Shown here: positions 13,261-25,545 of the stretch, one piece after another
How the letters are laid out: every line of letters begins with the position of its first letter
Position numbering within the stretch: the stretch's first letter is position 1
Assembly (NCBI GenBank): GCA_973895155.1
Contig: OZ316898.1
Span: 1,587,927-1,651,926, forward strand
Direction of reading: 5' to 3'
Length of the DNA: 64,000 bases
Source: Marsupella aquatica
Lineage: Eukaryota; Plantae; Marchantiophyta
Notes under the pieces: generated by a model
Told to the model about the DNA's origin: nothing
Seen by the model: the letters and a program-made list of their open reading frames with translations, nothing else
Database searches by the model: none
Position numbers and translations under genes: made by a program

Positions 13261-15194
13261 AATGATTGAGGGTGGCTTTACAAGAAGTTGGGAGCAGTTT
13301 CCACTTTTGTTTGGTCCCCAAGATCTGATGAGAGCCATCCATTTGGGAGAAACTCTGTTGCTGTTCACTTTACAAAACATTGGGGGCACTTTTAACCAAA
13401 CCTGTTACCAATCCTACATGGAATGTAGTGGGCTCAGTATTGGGGTCCAATTTTTGCTTATGTGGAGCAGTTTTTTGTCCTATATTTTAGACCACCTCTA
13501 TTGGAGGTCTCTTCTTTTGGCCTCTTGGTCCATTTCTATTTAAAGTCATTTGCATTAAAAAGTGAATAACAAGTCCTTCATAAGATCTTATCTTCTCACA
13601 TTTAGAAAGACTTTAGCCAAAAATTACCTGACATTCAGGTGTAGTGGGTCGTTAATCTATCTTTTAGTAAATAAATCTGGCACCACTGGCTGTACTTTGC
13701 TTTACAAGACCTTGGGGGCAATAAAATGATTCAAAAAATGTTTTTAGCCCCTGGACACTATATTTAGTGTGCGATGGCAGTTTGCTTTGGTGAAAACAAC
13801 TCCCAAGTGCCCCCACGTCACTCTTGTAAAGGAAGGACACCATATTTAGTGTGTGCAATGGCCCTCCAGTTTGCTTTGGTGAAAAAACTCCCAAGTGCTC
13901 CCGAAGTCTTGTAAAGTACTCTCGTGAGAAATAGCAAGTAATCAAGGATTTTATGGTCCTACAGTAGTTAGAGAGTAACGGCTAATCACGCTAGTAGTAT
14001 ATCGTAGTATCAAAATAAAACGCTAACTGCAGTACACTAGAGCCTAAATGTAATGCTTATTCAATGTTTTATTCCGTTTTGTATTTATATAACGCCGACT
14101 CTCACGCGAATCGATGGCGAGTGAGATGATCAGAACCATTATGATGGGAGCCGAAACGAACGAAGGTTCGAAGCTGAAAGCAATTCAGTGGATCCCATTC
14201 TCGCTCTGGACGGGTAATGCACTTGGCGGTCAAAAATCTCACAGTCCCAATTGTCAGCCAGAGAATCGATTCATTTGATGATTGGATTGGACTGTAGGGA
14301 TGCTCACTGCATTTCGTGGATTGATTCTTCATTACTGTACACTGTGTTCGGTTCGTGCAAAGAAAGTTCTTTTGGGGCTGGGTGGGTCATGAAGTAATCG
14401 ATCCCACGAACTCTCGATTAGTTTTACGTCCTCCCTAATTTGCTGAGACGATTTACTCCAAGAAGCGATTCATTTTTGTGGCAGTGTAAGTTGCTTTCCG
14501 CCTGAAATTTTGCCCCTTGCTGTTTCTCGTAATGCAATTGAGTGACATATTTTGAATGTTTCAATGCGAAAGAAATTTAGGTCCTTTTTTTCTCTTTTCT
14601 TGGAAGCCTGGGAAAACCCTTTGATTGTTTCTTTTCTCTCTGTTGCGTGGTGAGTGTCTTATTTTCAAGTGCCTGAAGGGTTTTTTTTGTCTTTGGCTAG
14701 CTTTCCTGTGTTTGAATCCTCTTTAACTGCGGGGGAAAGCTTGAGTAGACGGAGGATGATATGAATGAGCGATGGTTAAGTGAGGTTTTCGTATGCCGGA
14801 GTTGATCAGTTTAAGAGGGAATGGACGCCGTTTTCATGTGGAAGTCATAGAGATATTTTATAGATCGTTTGCTTTTTTTTCTGGAAGCCTCAAAGAATCT
14901 GTCGTGCGATCTTTTCTTCTCACTTTGTTGCATGGTGATTGTCTCATGCGCTCAATAGCTGGAGTTTTGTTTGTTCTCGTTGCTCAGTTTTCTAAAGCTT
15001 TAATCCTCTGCTTGTCTTACCTTACGCTGTAGAGCTCTCTGTTGAGCTACGTGTGATTACCCTGTCAAAGTACTCAGGAAATTGACGACGCTGGGGACAT
15101 TTTGTTGATGTTGTTTTCCACTATAGATCAACCCGCCATGAAACAAATTTGGGAAGGCCACTGACGACGCATTTACAGGGGCAAAAAGGTCACT

Positions 15195-16770
15195 ATGGCA
15201 CTTACGCTTTCAGAACGCGATCAAAAGTTCAACATGGCGCATGAGCTTGACTTGAAGCTTTCAAATGGCGAGAAAGAGGTCATCACTGCAGATGGTGAGC
15301 TCGCCAAAGACTAGGCCAAAGCAGTCTCTTTATCTCTCAAACGTGCACGAGGGGATACTTTCAGGGGAGCTGTGGTTGCGAGCAGTAACCTTTCTACCTC
15401 TCCAACCAAGCGCCAGAAAAAGGATGATCTCGGCGAGCAAGAAGTAGAAGGCTTCGTGACACAAGGCAGCAGATTCAATGCTCATGGCGGAGCTCTCGCC
15501 GAGGCAGATGGAGATGTCGGCAGAGATGCAACTGAGAGTGAGCCTGGTGGCAAGGAAGAGTCGTCGACACGTACAGGCAGGACTGGAAGCCCGAATCCCG
15601 GGCAAGGTAATATTGTTCAAACAGAGACACCACTGGGTATTGATGCCATGGCAATCGCCGAAATCGCGGAAAGAGTAGGTGATGAAACTCGGCGAAAGAG
15701 AACACTTGATGCCCGATTGGAGGAATTGGAGCATCCTGGTTCTAATGCTGCGTCATCCGAGCAGGCCGGTCAGGACAGCGGCGCATCTTCCAGTTCAACT
15801 TCGAATGACACTAGAACTCGCTCGGTCTCTGCTAGTTTCATTCAAAGGCAGCGGAATGAGCCCGAGTTGCTGGGAAAGATTCATAAAGTTGAGACCGATT
15901 TTTGGGCAGAACGAATATCTAGGGAGGTTTATAACGAGGAAAGATTCAAATTGTATTCGAAAGAGGAAGTACAAGAGGCCTGCATTGTGTGGCCGCGGCG
16001 GGAAGTATACTCCCCGGCTGGCTTTAGAGAGTGCGAATTGGAATATGGGAATCACCGGGCTGTGGATACTCAGATGTTGGATGATCTCTTGTTTGAATTT
16101 GGATGTCCTTTCGATGAAGTCAGAAACGGTGGCATAGATGAAGAAGCTGCGAAGAAACGTTGGATGGACGAGATTGAACGCAATTTCGAAGACCCCGAAG
16201 CTAAAATGGCCGAATATAAGCGATGGGAAAAGATCAAAGATTTGGAAACTGAGTACTATTACGACCGAGTAAAAAGGGACGAGTACAATGAGCGGAGATT
16301 TGCTCTGTATACTGCAAAAAGAACGGGAAGAAAAGGGTGTAGTGTGGCCGCATAGCGATGGAGATTGCTTTTCGCCTGCGGGGTACAGAGGAATGTTTTC
16401 CGCCCTCCGAGAGATGAGTCTTATTTGCTAAACTGCATGAGGTTTCATTATCCACTTGGACTCCGGGATGCCGATGATGCGGAGGAGGAGAACCTCTGTG
16501 AGCTCTGCATTCTGCTGATTGCGGAATATGAGGAGACGCTGGAGAGAAAAAAGAGAATGGAACGGGATGCCGACCTAAGAGCTGCAGAGAAAAAACGAAT
16601 GGAAGAATCTTTAAGGTTGCAAGAGGCAGACATGAGGCGGGCGCAAAAGGAGGAGAAGAAGAGGGAAAAAGAAGCTATGGGAAAGCCACATCATTTGTGC
16701 CGAGTACAACAGGAAATTTGCCACTCAATCTGCTCTGATGCAACATGAAGGTGCCAAACACAAAAAGTGA
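15195..16770 (+). pseudogene. Disrupted or mis-assembled gene: acidic protein with two internal repeats, a Glu/Lys/Arg coiled coil and a C-terminal C2H2-type zinc finger
   Basis: ATG 15195 is in frame with ORF 15372-16355 but has TAG at 15312. Frame changes near 16320, 16390 and 16680 join YNEERFKLY..VWP..SPAG / YNERRFALY..VWP..SPAG repeats, a coiled coil and CAEYNRKFATQSALMQHEGAKH, ending TGA 16768-16770. Confidence 0.6.
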
Positions 16771-17216
16771 GTAGGGAACCCACTTAGGAAGACCAGTTTG
16801 ATGAGTGCTGCACTCGTAAGCAGACAACCTGCATGGTGGGTTCTACAGTATAGTCAGAAAAAGCATCGAGTTTACTGCATTGGAGGGCTTTTCGGCAGAC
16901 AACATGGAGAGAACGTCTATTGCAGTGTCAGTCTTTACATGGTAGAGGCCTCTCGTGTTTGATTTTGCTGTTGCCACATGGCAGCGGCGAGCTCAGAGGA
17001 TTGAGGCTCGCAACGTGTCACATACTAATTGTTCTGGCCATTTCAGGATCGTAATAAAATCAAAATTCCGCTTTTATTCGATTGCTCTCTTCCAGAGCCC
17101 GTTCTCCTCGTGTCTGCTTTGAGTATCTACGAAGTCGGTAATATTACATCTACTCATGCCACTGAACTACTGAAGTGTATTGTGAAGCTGAAGTGTATTG
17201 TGAAGCTGGTAGGAAA

Positions 17217-20200
17217 TATATATGAAACTGCCAAAGAGCACGAGGCGCTGAACCGGGAGACAGGATCCCACAGGCCAAAAAACCCAATCAAGGGAAAACA
17301 AGAAAAAAGGCCAAAAGGCCAAAGAGCAAAAACAAAAAAACCAGACACAAGTTCAGCCCAAGGAGAACAAAGGACACACAAACCTAAAGACTATCCAACA
17401 GCAAAGTGAAGGACTTGATAAAGCTCCGTTGTGAGCTGCATAGGGGGGCCAAGCAATGGAATCCGACTAGATGCCCGGACTCCAACCGCCTCGCCTCTAC
17501 GAAGGATAGTGAAGGCCTGTGCACGTTGAAGTGCAATGGACACCCTCTGTCTAAAAAAGGATGTGATAATAGAGACGGGTGGATAAGGCCGCCGCTTGAC
17601 ATAATGAACCGCACAGGAGCGCAAGAACTGGTCAAAAGTCGGGTGCAGCACTCCAAAGACCTCCACGGCAAACGGGTAGAAAAGGTCCCCTGGGTAACGC
17701 GTAGCATAAGCCTCCTCCTTGAGGCGAGCAGCCCTCGTGGCAGCATGACCTGAGATGTGGGCAGCGGACGCCAAATTGGCTCCACTAGTGGGGTCAGCAA
17801 CAACCACATCCCCAAGGGCACGAACACCAGCGCGAGAGAAAACCAAATCGGCCCGACGCCTGTCCGGTACTCCATGCCGGGGTGGTAACACATGTCGTTG
17901 CTCCATCATAACATGATACCCGGAATCACGAGCGATGGCGGCTACCACATCCCGGATGTCATCGTGTGTCACCGTCCGCTCACTACCATGACCACATCAT
18001 AGGATATGGATTCCCCCCTATCCAAGGGTGCTCCACAAACGCATGTGGTTGCCCAAGGAGGCATGGGGTGGGGAAGACCAAGACGGAGGCGCATGGAAGT
18101 GGTGAAGACAAAAGAACTCATACGAAAGGGGGCCCACAATGGGCTCACAGATAACCAAGCCCCCGAACCAACGCCCGAACCGGATAAAAGACGCGCTCGA
18201 ACCAAGTCAGAGGGTGCGTCGGAAAGCATGCTAGAAAGGGTGAATCGGTGCATGCGATCAGAGATCACCTGTTGAACTCGGTCGGGACTGTCCAAAATAA
18301 CTCCCTCAAAAGCAGGGACCACGCTCTGCACATCCTCCAGTAATAAGGACCGGGCATGACGAAGCTGGATCTGAAAAGGGAGAGCTCCGTTCTCCACTCC
18401 CCTGACCGAGTCAGAGAGGATAGGCCGAAGGTCCACAATGAAACGTGACGCCAAGGCGGGGGCCACCTGCGCCCAGCTGCCAAGAAACGCACAAGAAGCA
18501 GCAACCACAGCCGAGGACACCCCCAAACCACCTCCCGATGGGGGCAGAGACGCCTGCCTAGCCGCAAAAGAACCATCCTCTCAATCAAGGGCTCCAGGAC
18601 CGATGAGGTGACCAAAGACCCGCATCACGGTGGTGTCAAAGGAAGAGAGCAAGGACAAAAACGCTGGGGTGGGGGGGGACCGTCCGCAGGTTGGCGAACA
18701 AAACACAAAACCAGAATCAAGAAGACAATCTGGACATTCCCCCAAAGCCACCAGCTGGTCAAGGTGCGAAACATCCTAGTCCAAGGCAGACTGTAGAAAC
18801 TCCTGCTCAAAGGCCGTCCCCCCAAACGGCACCCCAAGGACCCGAATGCCATCATGTCTAATGGGGATATCAAGAGGGGGGGAGAATGAGTTCGGGAGAG
18901 GAAGACGGGACCAGACCCCAACACTTCCTAGGTTTTAAACCAATAATGACAAGCTGCTGAACAAAATGGATATAGGCATCTCCAAGAAGCAAGGCAGGCG
19001 CAACAATGTGAGTATCGTCAGCAACAGAGGGGAACAGGCAACCTGGAAAAGCACCGGAAGATGCTCGGATGGCCCGAAGATGAGCCAAGGCAAACAACGC
19101 ACCACCAAGGGGATCCCCCTGCCGGGTGCCGGACTCTGACATAATGGTGGAGTATGTCCCAGACGCCAGATGGTCAGAGTAGACCAAGGGGGTAGGGGTC
19201 CCATAAAAAGCCTGAGCAAAAGGGATGAGGGATGCAATCTCCCCCCAGCATCCCGAAGCTCCTCGAAAATCACACGACGGGAGACAGAGTTGAAGGCATT
19301 GGCAACATCCACCTGAATGACCCCCCAATCAGGGTGGAGGTCCAAAACGGCACGCAAGCCATGTACCACGCTCTCACAACCGCCCGGGGTGGCCACGCCG
19401 AACTGGTGGGGGAAGAAGTGTGAAGCAAATGGGGCCCTCATCTGTAAACAAATGCAGCGGCTAACTAGACGATACAGGATCTCCCCAATGGCCAGGGGTC
19501 GAACACCACCCGTCTCCTTGGCCAAAGCCATGAGCCGACACGCCCCCAAGAGCCGAGCGACAACAGGCGGAATGCGACCACCTGCAACATGAGCACACAC
19601 TTGGAACAACTCCTGGAAACCCGACGCCGAGTCATCGGGGGAGAAGCAGTCCCTGAGGTGCTCGAACCTCATCCCATAGATGCCCCCAGCAGAAAGACGG
19701 GGCAAATGAAGGAAGACAGAGGAGAAAATCTCGCGAGAAAGGGAGAACTCAACCTCCGGAGAGAAGCTCCCAATGAAACCTGGAACCGCGCAAGAAGCCG
19801 GGGGATGAAGGGACCGAAGGGCCGCAACCGTCTCGACCGAAGGAGGAGAGGGGGAAAGGTGAACCAAGGAACGTGCGGCCCGAGAAAACTCCCCCTCCTG
19901 TCCCAACAAAAGGCATCGGCGAAGGCAGCGCTGGACAGGAGGGACCAGAGGTTCCTCCTCAAACTCAGAGGCCCTAGAGGCCAACGCAAGAAGCCGGTGA
20001 TAGAACTCCTCCTGAAGCAAAATCCAGTCCCCCGACAAAAACCGTTGCAACCTGGCAATGGTCTCCCTATGCCCGGCCGGGCCCCCACGAGGAGGGAGAG
20101 TCAACACCCAATGAGGAAGCAAGAGGAGTAGGGACCAGGCACCAACATCAGTGGGGTCACGCGCCAGCCGGTCAAAAGGAAGACGAAAGGCCTGCCGAAG

Positions 20201-21273
20201 CAGGGGCCGCAAGGGCACAGGAATCCGGGTATACAATCGAGGATGCCGAAAACCGGGGTAAAGAGCCGCAAGGACATCCAGGTGGGCTAGCCAATCCCAG
20301 GAAGAAGGGGGGGGGGGGCAGACGGGGGAGGGGGAAGGGGGGCAGGGGGAAGCACAGAGGAGGAGGAAGCACGAAGAGCGGGAGATGAGCGACGATGGCG
20401 AGTCAGACCAGATGGTTGGTACCAACTGTGACAAGCATCACATTGGACACGGGAATCAGAAGGAGAAGTGGGGGGGGGGGGAAGAGGGGCGGATCCGGCG
20501 AGCTGAACGAGGGGTGGAAGATGGAGAAGCCATAGGGACAAGAGTGGTAGGTGGTGAACTAGGATAGGAGAGGGGTTCCATGGGAAAATGCTGGGAAAAA
20601 GCTGGGATAAAGGGTGGGGGCAAAGGAAACAAAAATAAATGAACGGAACAATGAGAAAAGAGTACAAGAACAACACCGGAAAGCTCGAGCAAAACAAAAA
20701 CATAAACAAAGGAACAAGGGATGGATGTCCAAGGCAAAGAACCTCAACCCGGTAGTGGCAAGCCGCGCTGCACACAGAAACCTGGTAACCCGAAGGAACG
20801 CCTCCAATGACCGAACGAAAAAACCCCGCAGGCACGGAGACAGAGTGCGAACGGGTACCGCCTATGGTGGGGGCCCAGCCCCACCAACCAAACCAGGTCT
20901 GGGGCCGCCAAGCACAAATCCGCCAAGGAAAACCGGGCCGCCAAGAAACCCAACCCAACTGGGGCCGCCAAGAAACCAAAACCCAACCTGGGGGGGGGGC
21001 GACCTTCCCAGGTCCAGGGCCGTCAAACCCGGGCGTAGGGCCACTCATCCCAGGTCCAGGGCCACCCTTCCCGGGCGCAGGGCTGAGCCGGGAGCGTCAG
21101 CCCAGGCTGACGACCTCCGCTCCAGGGGGCCGGGGGACCCTCATTATTACCCCCACGCCTCCCAAAACGCACCGCTGCTTTGCCGCTCCTCGCCCCACCT
21201 CCGCACCCCCGCTGCTGCTCGCCGCTGCTCCGCACCTCGAAACTCGAAATTGTTTTTCCCAAGTCGAAAACAA
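17217..21273 (-). mobile_element. Near full-length, decayed RLE-type non-LTR retrotransposon (CRE-clade-like)
   Basis: N-terminal CxxC..H finger (CDACHSWY..TRH); RT motifs VRPLAIGE, HQFGV, QVDVANAFNSVSR, GTRQGDPLGG, SVADD; CVC..H..C knuckle; THDDIRD and RADLV..GDVVVADP..K restriction-like endonuclease. Several frameshifts and a TAG near 18778. Candidate TSD GTAGGAAA at 17209-17216 and 21274-21281. Confidence 0.85.
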
Positions 21274-21562
21274 GTAGGAAAGCTCGAATCATAATTATGA
21301 TGAAATGTGACAGTTGTATATGATTCCTAGAAAGGCAGCATGGAACTATAGACGTGATAGGCATGATAGGCATGATATAGGCAATAACGTATAGACCCTA
21401 AAAAAAGGTGGATTCACCCTCCTTTTGGCGGCACTATTGCCCGCAAATGTAGGGACAAGTATTATAGCGAACCTGTGTCAGTTTTGATGCAAAAGGCTTG
21501 GCTGGTATGGGAGGTGGCGTCCTTTTGAGGAGACGCTACCGAGCTGGGAACATCTCGGTTCT

Positions 21563-22410
21563 AGTTGAGTACACTCAGGCGAGTGAGGAGGCGGACATGG
21601 CGATCGTCCTTGCTCGACCTCCAGCGCTCCATCTGGAGCTCAGGAGATAGACTGATCGATGCAGGTGAAATTCGATTTCTGTTTACAGCTTTCTTGTGCC
21701 GGTTATTTGCATTCGTGAACGTCAATCTATTTCATTTCTCCCTCTATTACTCCATGTCTGTCCCTCTGGATTTGCTTTCGGACTGAAGTTAGTCTTTGTT
21801 CCGGTAGGCAAAGATAAGTTGAGTCCACTCAGGCGAGGGAGGAGGCTAACATAGCCATCGTCCCTTGCTCGACCTCCAGTGCTCTATCTGGAGCTCAGGA
21901 GACAGATTGATCGATGCAGGTGAAATTTCTGTTTTCAGCTTTCTTTTGCCGGTTATTTCCATTCGTGAACGTCAATCTACTTCATCTCTCCCTCGATTAC
22001 TCCATGTCTCTATCTCTCTTTGAAGTCTGCGCAAACAAGCTAGCTTGGCAGCTAGAGTCACGCTTCGGACTGAAATTAGTCTTTGATCCAAGGCAAAGAT
22101 AAGTTGAGTCCACTCAGGCGAGGGAGCAGGCGGACATGGCGATCGTCCTTGCTCGACCTCCAGCGCTCTATCTGGAGCTCAGGAGATAGATTGATCAATG
22201 CAGGTGACATTCGATTCCTGTTGTCAGCTTCCTTGTCCCGGTTATTTGCATTCGTGAGCATCAATCTATTTCATCTCCCTCTATTACTCCATGTCTCTAT
22301 CTCTCTTTGAAGTTTGCGCAAACAAGCTAGCTTGGCAGCAGTGACGTCCCCTCTGCATTTGCTTTCTTGAGGCTTCGGACTGAAATTAGTCTTTGTTCCA
22401 AGGCAAAGAT
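21563..22410 (+). repeat. Tandem triplication (about 255-310 bp units) upstream of PPO
   Basis: Units begin agttgagt.cactcaggcgag at about 21563, 21817 and 22102; each contains a CAG|GTGA donor-like site. Confidence 0.92.
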
Positions 22411-23100
22411 GAAAATCTCGATGTTTGGGCATGGATTGGTTTCGGGTTGTATCATTTGACTGTAATTGGACCCAGGCAGTCGGCGGAATTGACCCTCTCG
22501 AGATAAACGCGGCTAGAATCAAGAACTGGAAACCTTTCCTAGTTTTACTTTCAATAAGATTGGATGGAGATTAGCCTCCTTCTCTGTAAAACTCATACAA
22601 GCAAGCACTAGCCTAGTATTTCTTGTCTTCATTTCTGTGGTCATGAGAAGAATGCGTAGTTGACTTCCTGCACGTCCTAAGTAATGCAATGCCGGACATG
22701 GTTGACAGCCTAGGGAGGATCTCTGATAACCTAAGTGCAGACTCAGGATAAGACAATCACTTTCAGTCCAGTCTCAAGTTGTTAAATATCTATGCTATCA
22801 ATCTCGATCGGGTGCACTCTGCGACGAAATACTGAGGGAGTCAGTCCTTAGGATTGGTGACTTAAGGTTAATGATCTGAGGACGAGTCGAGGATATTTGG
22901 ACTGTTAGTAAATTAGTGCAATTCACCCACTTAGTTCGTTTACCAATTTACAAGGACCAAGAGGATTGTGATGAACAGCAATCAATTGGTTATCATCTGA
23001 CGTTCCTGCCTGGTACAGGTCGTTGCTCTGGCATTCGTTGGAAATATTGATGACCTAGGGAGAGCAGCAGCACCTGCTCGATCAATTGACAGGAGGGACG

Positions 23101-24802
23101 ATGTCGAAAGGTGTGCACACTGGCATCTGCTTACTGGTGGTCCTCATCTTAACAACGGCAGTATTTGTCGAGGGACTTCCCATGCGAGGCCCGGACTTGA
23201 ACACTTGTCAGCCAGTGATTCCTCCTACGAGAACTGCAGCTGAGGCAATAGACTGCTGCTTTGTTGACACAAGCAGGCCCATCAAGGATTTCAAATTCAA
23301 CTTGGACCTGCCTGTGCGGGTTCGCAGACCCGCTCACAACTTAGACGATGAGTTCGTCCGCAAGTATGAGCGAGCAGTGGAGCTCATGAAAGCTCTCCCG
23401 CCAGAAGACCCTCGCTCCTTTGACGCGCAGGCCAGACTCCATTGTTCCTATAGTACAGGAGCCTACAAAGAATTGAATTCTTCCGAAGTACTGAATGTGC
23501 ACATTAGTTGGCTTATAATGCCATTCCACCGCTGGTACCTGTATTTCTACGAGCGAATTCTGGCAAATCTCATAGGTGATGATACCTTTGCCATGCCCTA
23601 CTGGGCGTGGGACGTGCAGAACGAATATAACCCACCTGCCAACATCATACCATCCATATTCACCAACAAGAATTCTACCCTTTACGATGAAAACCGATCT
23701 AAAATTCACCAACCTCCTATCAGGGTCGACTTACAATTCTACGACGATGAACGTGCTGCTGCAAGTAAGGATCCTGATCTGTTGTTGCAAGATAACTATT
23801 ATAACTTGTGGCGAGCGATGATCGGCCAAGCCCGAACACCCTATGCCTTCTACGGGAGACAAAGGTCTGAGGGAGATTTCAGGACCGGGCTCGATGGAGG
23901 TGTGCTCTCGTCAGGTCCATGCTGCTGTCCATCGTTGGACTGGTGACTACGACAATCCAGCTGGAGAAGATATGGCGCCCCCTTACTCATCAGGACGGGA
24001 CCCCATCTTCCTTGCCCACCACTCTCAAATGGACCGATTGTGGTTGATGTGGAAGAGCTGGGGAGGGCAAGACTTCGATGAGGCTGACTGGTTTGAGTCC
24101 GAGTTCCTCTTCTATGATGAGCATGCGGACCTGGTGCGTGTCAATGTTCGAGATGCTCTGAATTTCAGCAACTTGAGGATCATTTACGAGCAAGTAGAAC
24201 CTGACTGGGTGAACTACTCGCCTAAATCAATTCGGGAATTAGATCCCAAGTACGCCCAAGCCAGCATTTTGAGACGATTCTGGCGTCATTTGGTCACAGG
24301 AGGCACATATAGAGCTATTGCAATGTCTCTCAGAAGGCTATTCCAGGAAGAAGAGGATGGGGCAAAAGTTCCCGTAGAACAAGCAAGGAGCGACATACTC
24401 ACCTTGCCAGTGTTCAGGCCCGAGGAGTTCAGGAGCAATGATGATATGTCGATCTACGACGAGGTGTTGGTGATCAGTGGAGTGGTAGTAAAGCCCTTCG
24501 ACATCAGCGTGCACGTCAACATCTTTTTGGAGCTCCCAGAGGCCGACGAGAACACTTCTCAGCATTGTGCAGAGTTTCTGGGTAGCGTGACAGTTGATGC
24601 CGAAGGACTGCGAGCTGGAATGGACCCGAGTGTTGCTCGGAAGTTCACAAAAACTATTGGCATCAGAGATTCACTCCAGATTTTGGATATCATTCGTCAA
24701 AAGTCTATGACAGTCACCTTCGTTCCCACATGGAATCCAGAGCACAACTCTGTTTTGTTTAATGTGACGGAACTGAAAGTGGAGATGATGCGGATGAGAT
24801 AA
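23101..24802 (+). CDS. PPO: Polyphenol oxidase (type-3 copper protein) with signal peptide; one frameshift near 23917
   Basis: Hydrophobic N-terminus, C..CC, CuA (HCSY, VHISW, PFHRWYLYFYERIL), MPYWAWD, CuB (HAAVH, RDPIFLAHHSQMDRLW), DWL-like DWFESEFLFYDE and KFDV-like C-terminal domain. ORFs 23086-23946 and 23843-24802 join at ggtccatgct. Confidence 0.9.
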
Positions 24803-25545
24803 TGTTCGTCTGAGAAACTACGTCCATCGTAAAACTACAGCAAAGTAAGAGAGCTTCATTAGAATAGCAGATAGACTAGAAAGGATTCTAAAACATTATC
24901 TCGAGTGATTCATCTTATATCATCATGCGATACATGACTCTTTGTGGAAGTTCACAAAAACTGTTGGCATCAGAAATTCACTCCAGATTTTGGACATCAT
25001 TCGTCAAACGTCTATGACAGTCACCTTCGTTCCCACATGGAATCCAGAGCACAACTCTGTTTTGTTTAATGTGACGGAACTGAAAGTGGAGATGATGCGG
25101 ATGAGATAATGTTCGTCTGAGAAACTAAGTCCATCGTAAAACTACAGTAAAATAAGAGAGCTTCATTAGAATGGCAGATAGACTCGAAAGGATTCTAAAA
25201 CATTATCTAGAGTGATTCATCTCATATCATCATGAGATACATGACTCTTTGTGGAAGTTCACAAAAACTATTGGCATCAGAGATTCACTCCAGATCTTGG
25301 ACATCATTTGTCAGAAGTCTATGACAGTCACCTTCGTTCCCACATGGAATCCAGAGGACAACTCAGTTTTTTTAGTGTCACGGACCTGAAAGTGGAGATG
25401 ATGCGGATGAGATACTGTTCGTTTGAGAAACTAAGTTCATCGTAAAACTAGAGTAAAAAAAGAGAGCTTCATTAGAATGGCAGATAGACTCGAGAGGATT
25501 CTAAACCATTATCAAGAGGGTTCATCATGAGATACATGACTCGTT
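24639..25545 (+). repeat. Tandem triplication (307-bp unit) of the PPO C-terminal coding end plus 3' UTR
   Basis: ggaagttcacaaaaact at 24639, 24946 and 25253; each copy carries LKVEMMRMR. Confidence 0.95.

Noticed and set aside
20740-21273. HDV-like ribozyme in the retroelement 5' UTR
   Set aside because: GC-rich stems are present but I could not assemble the nested double pseudoknot by eye
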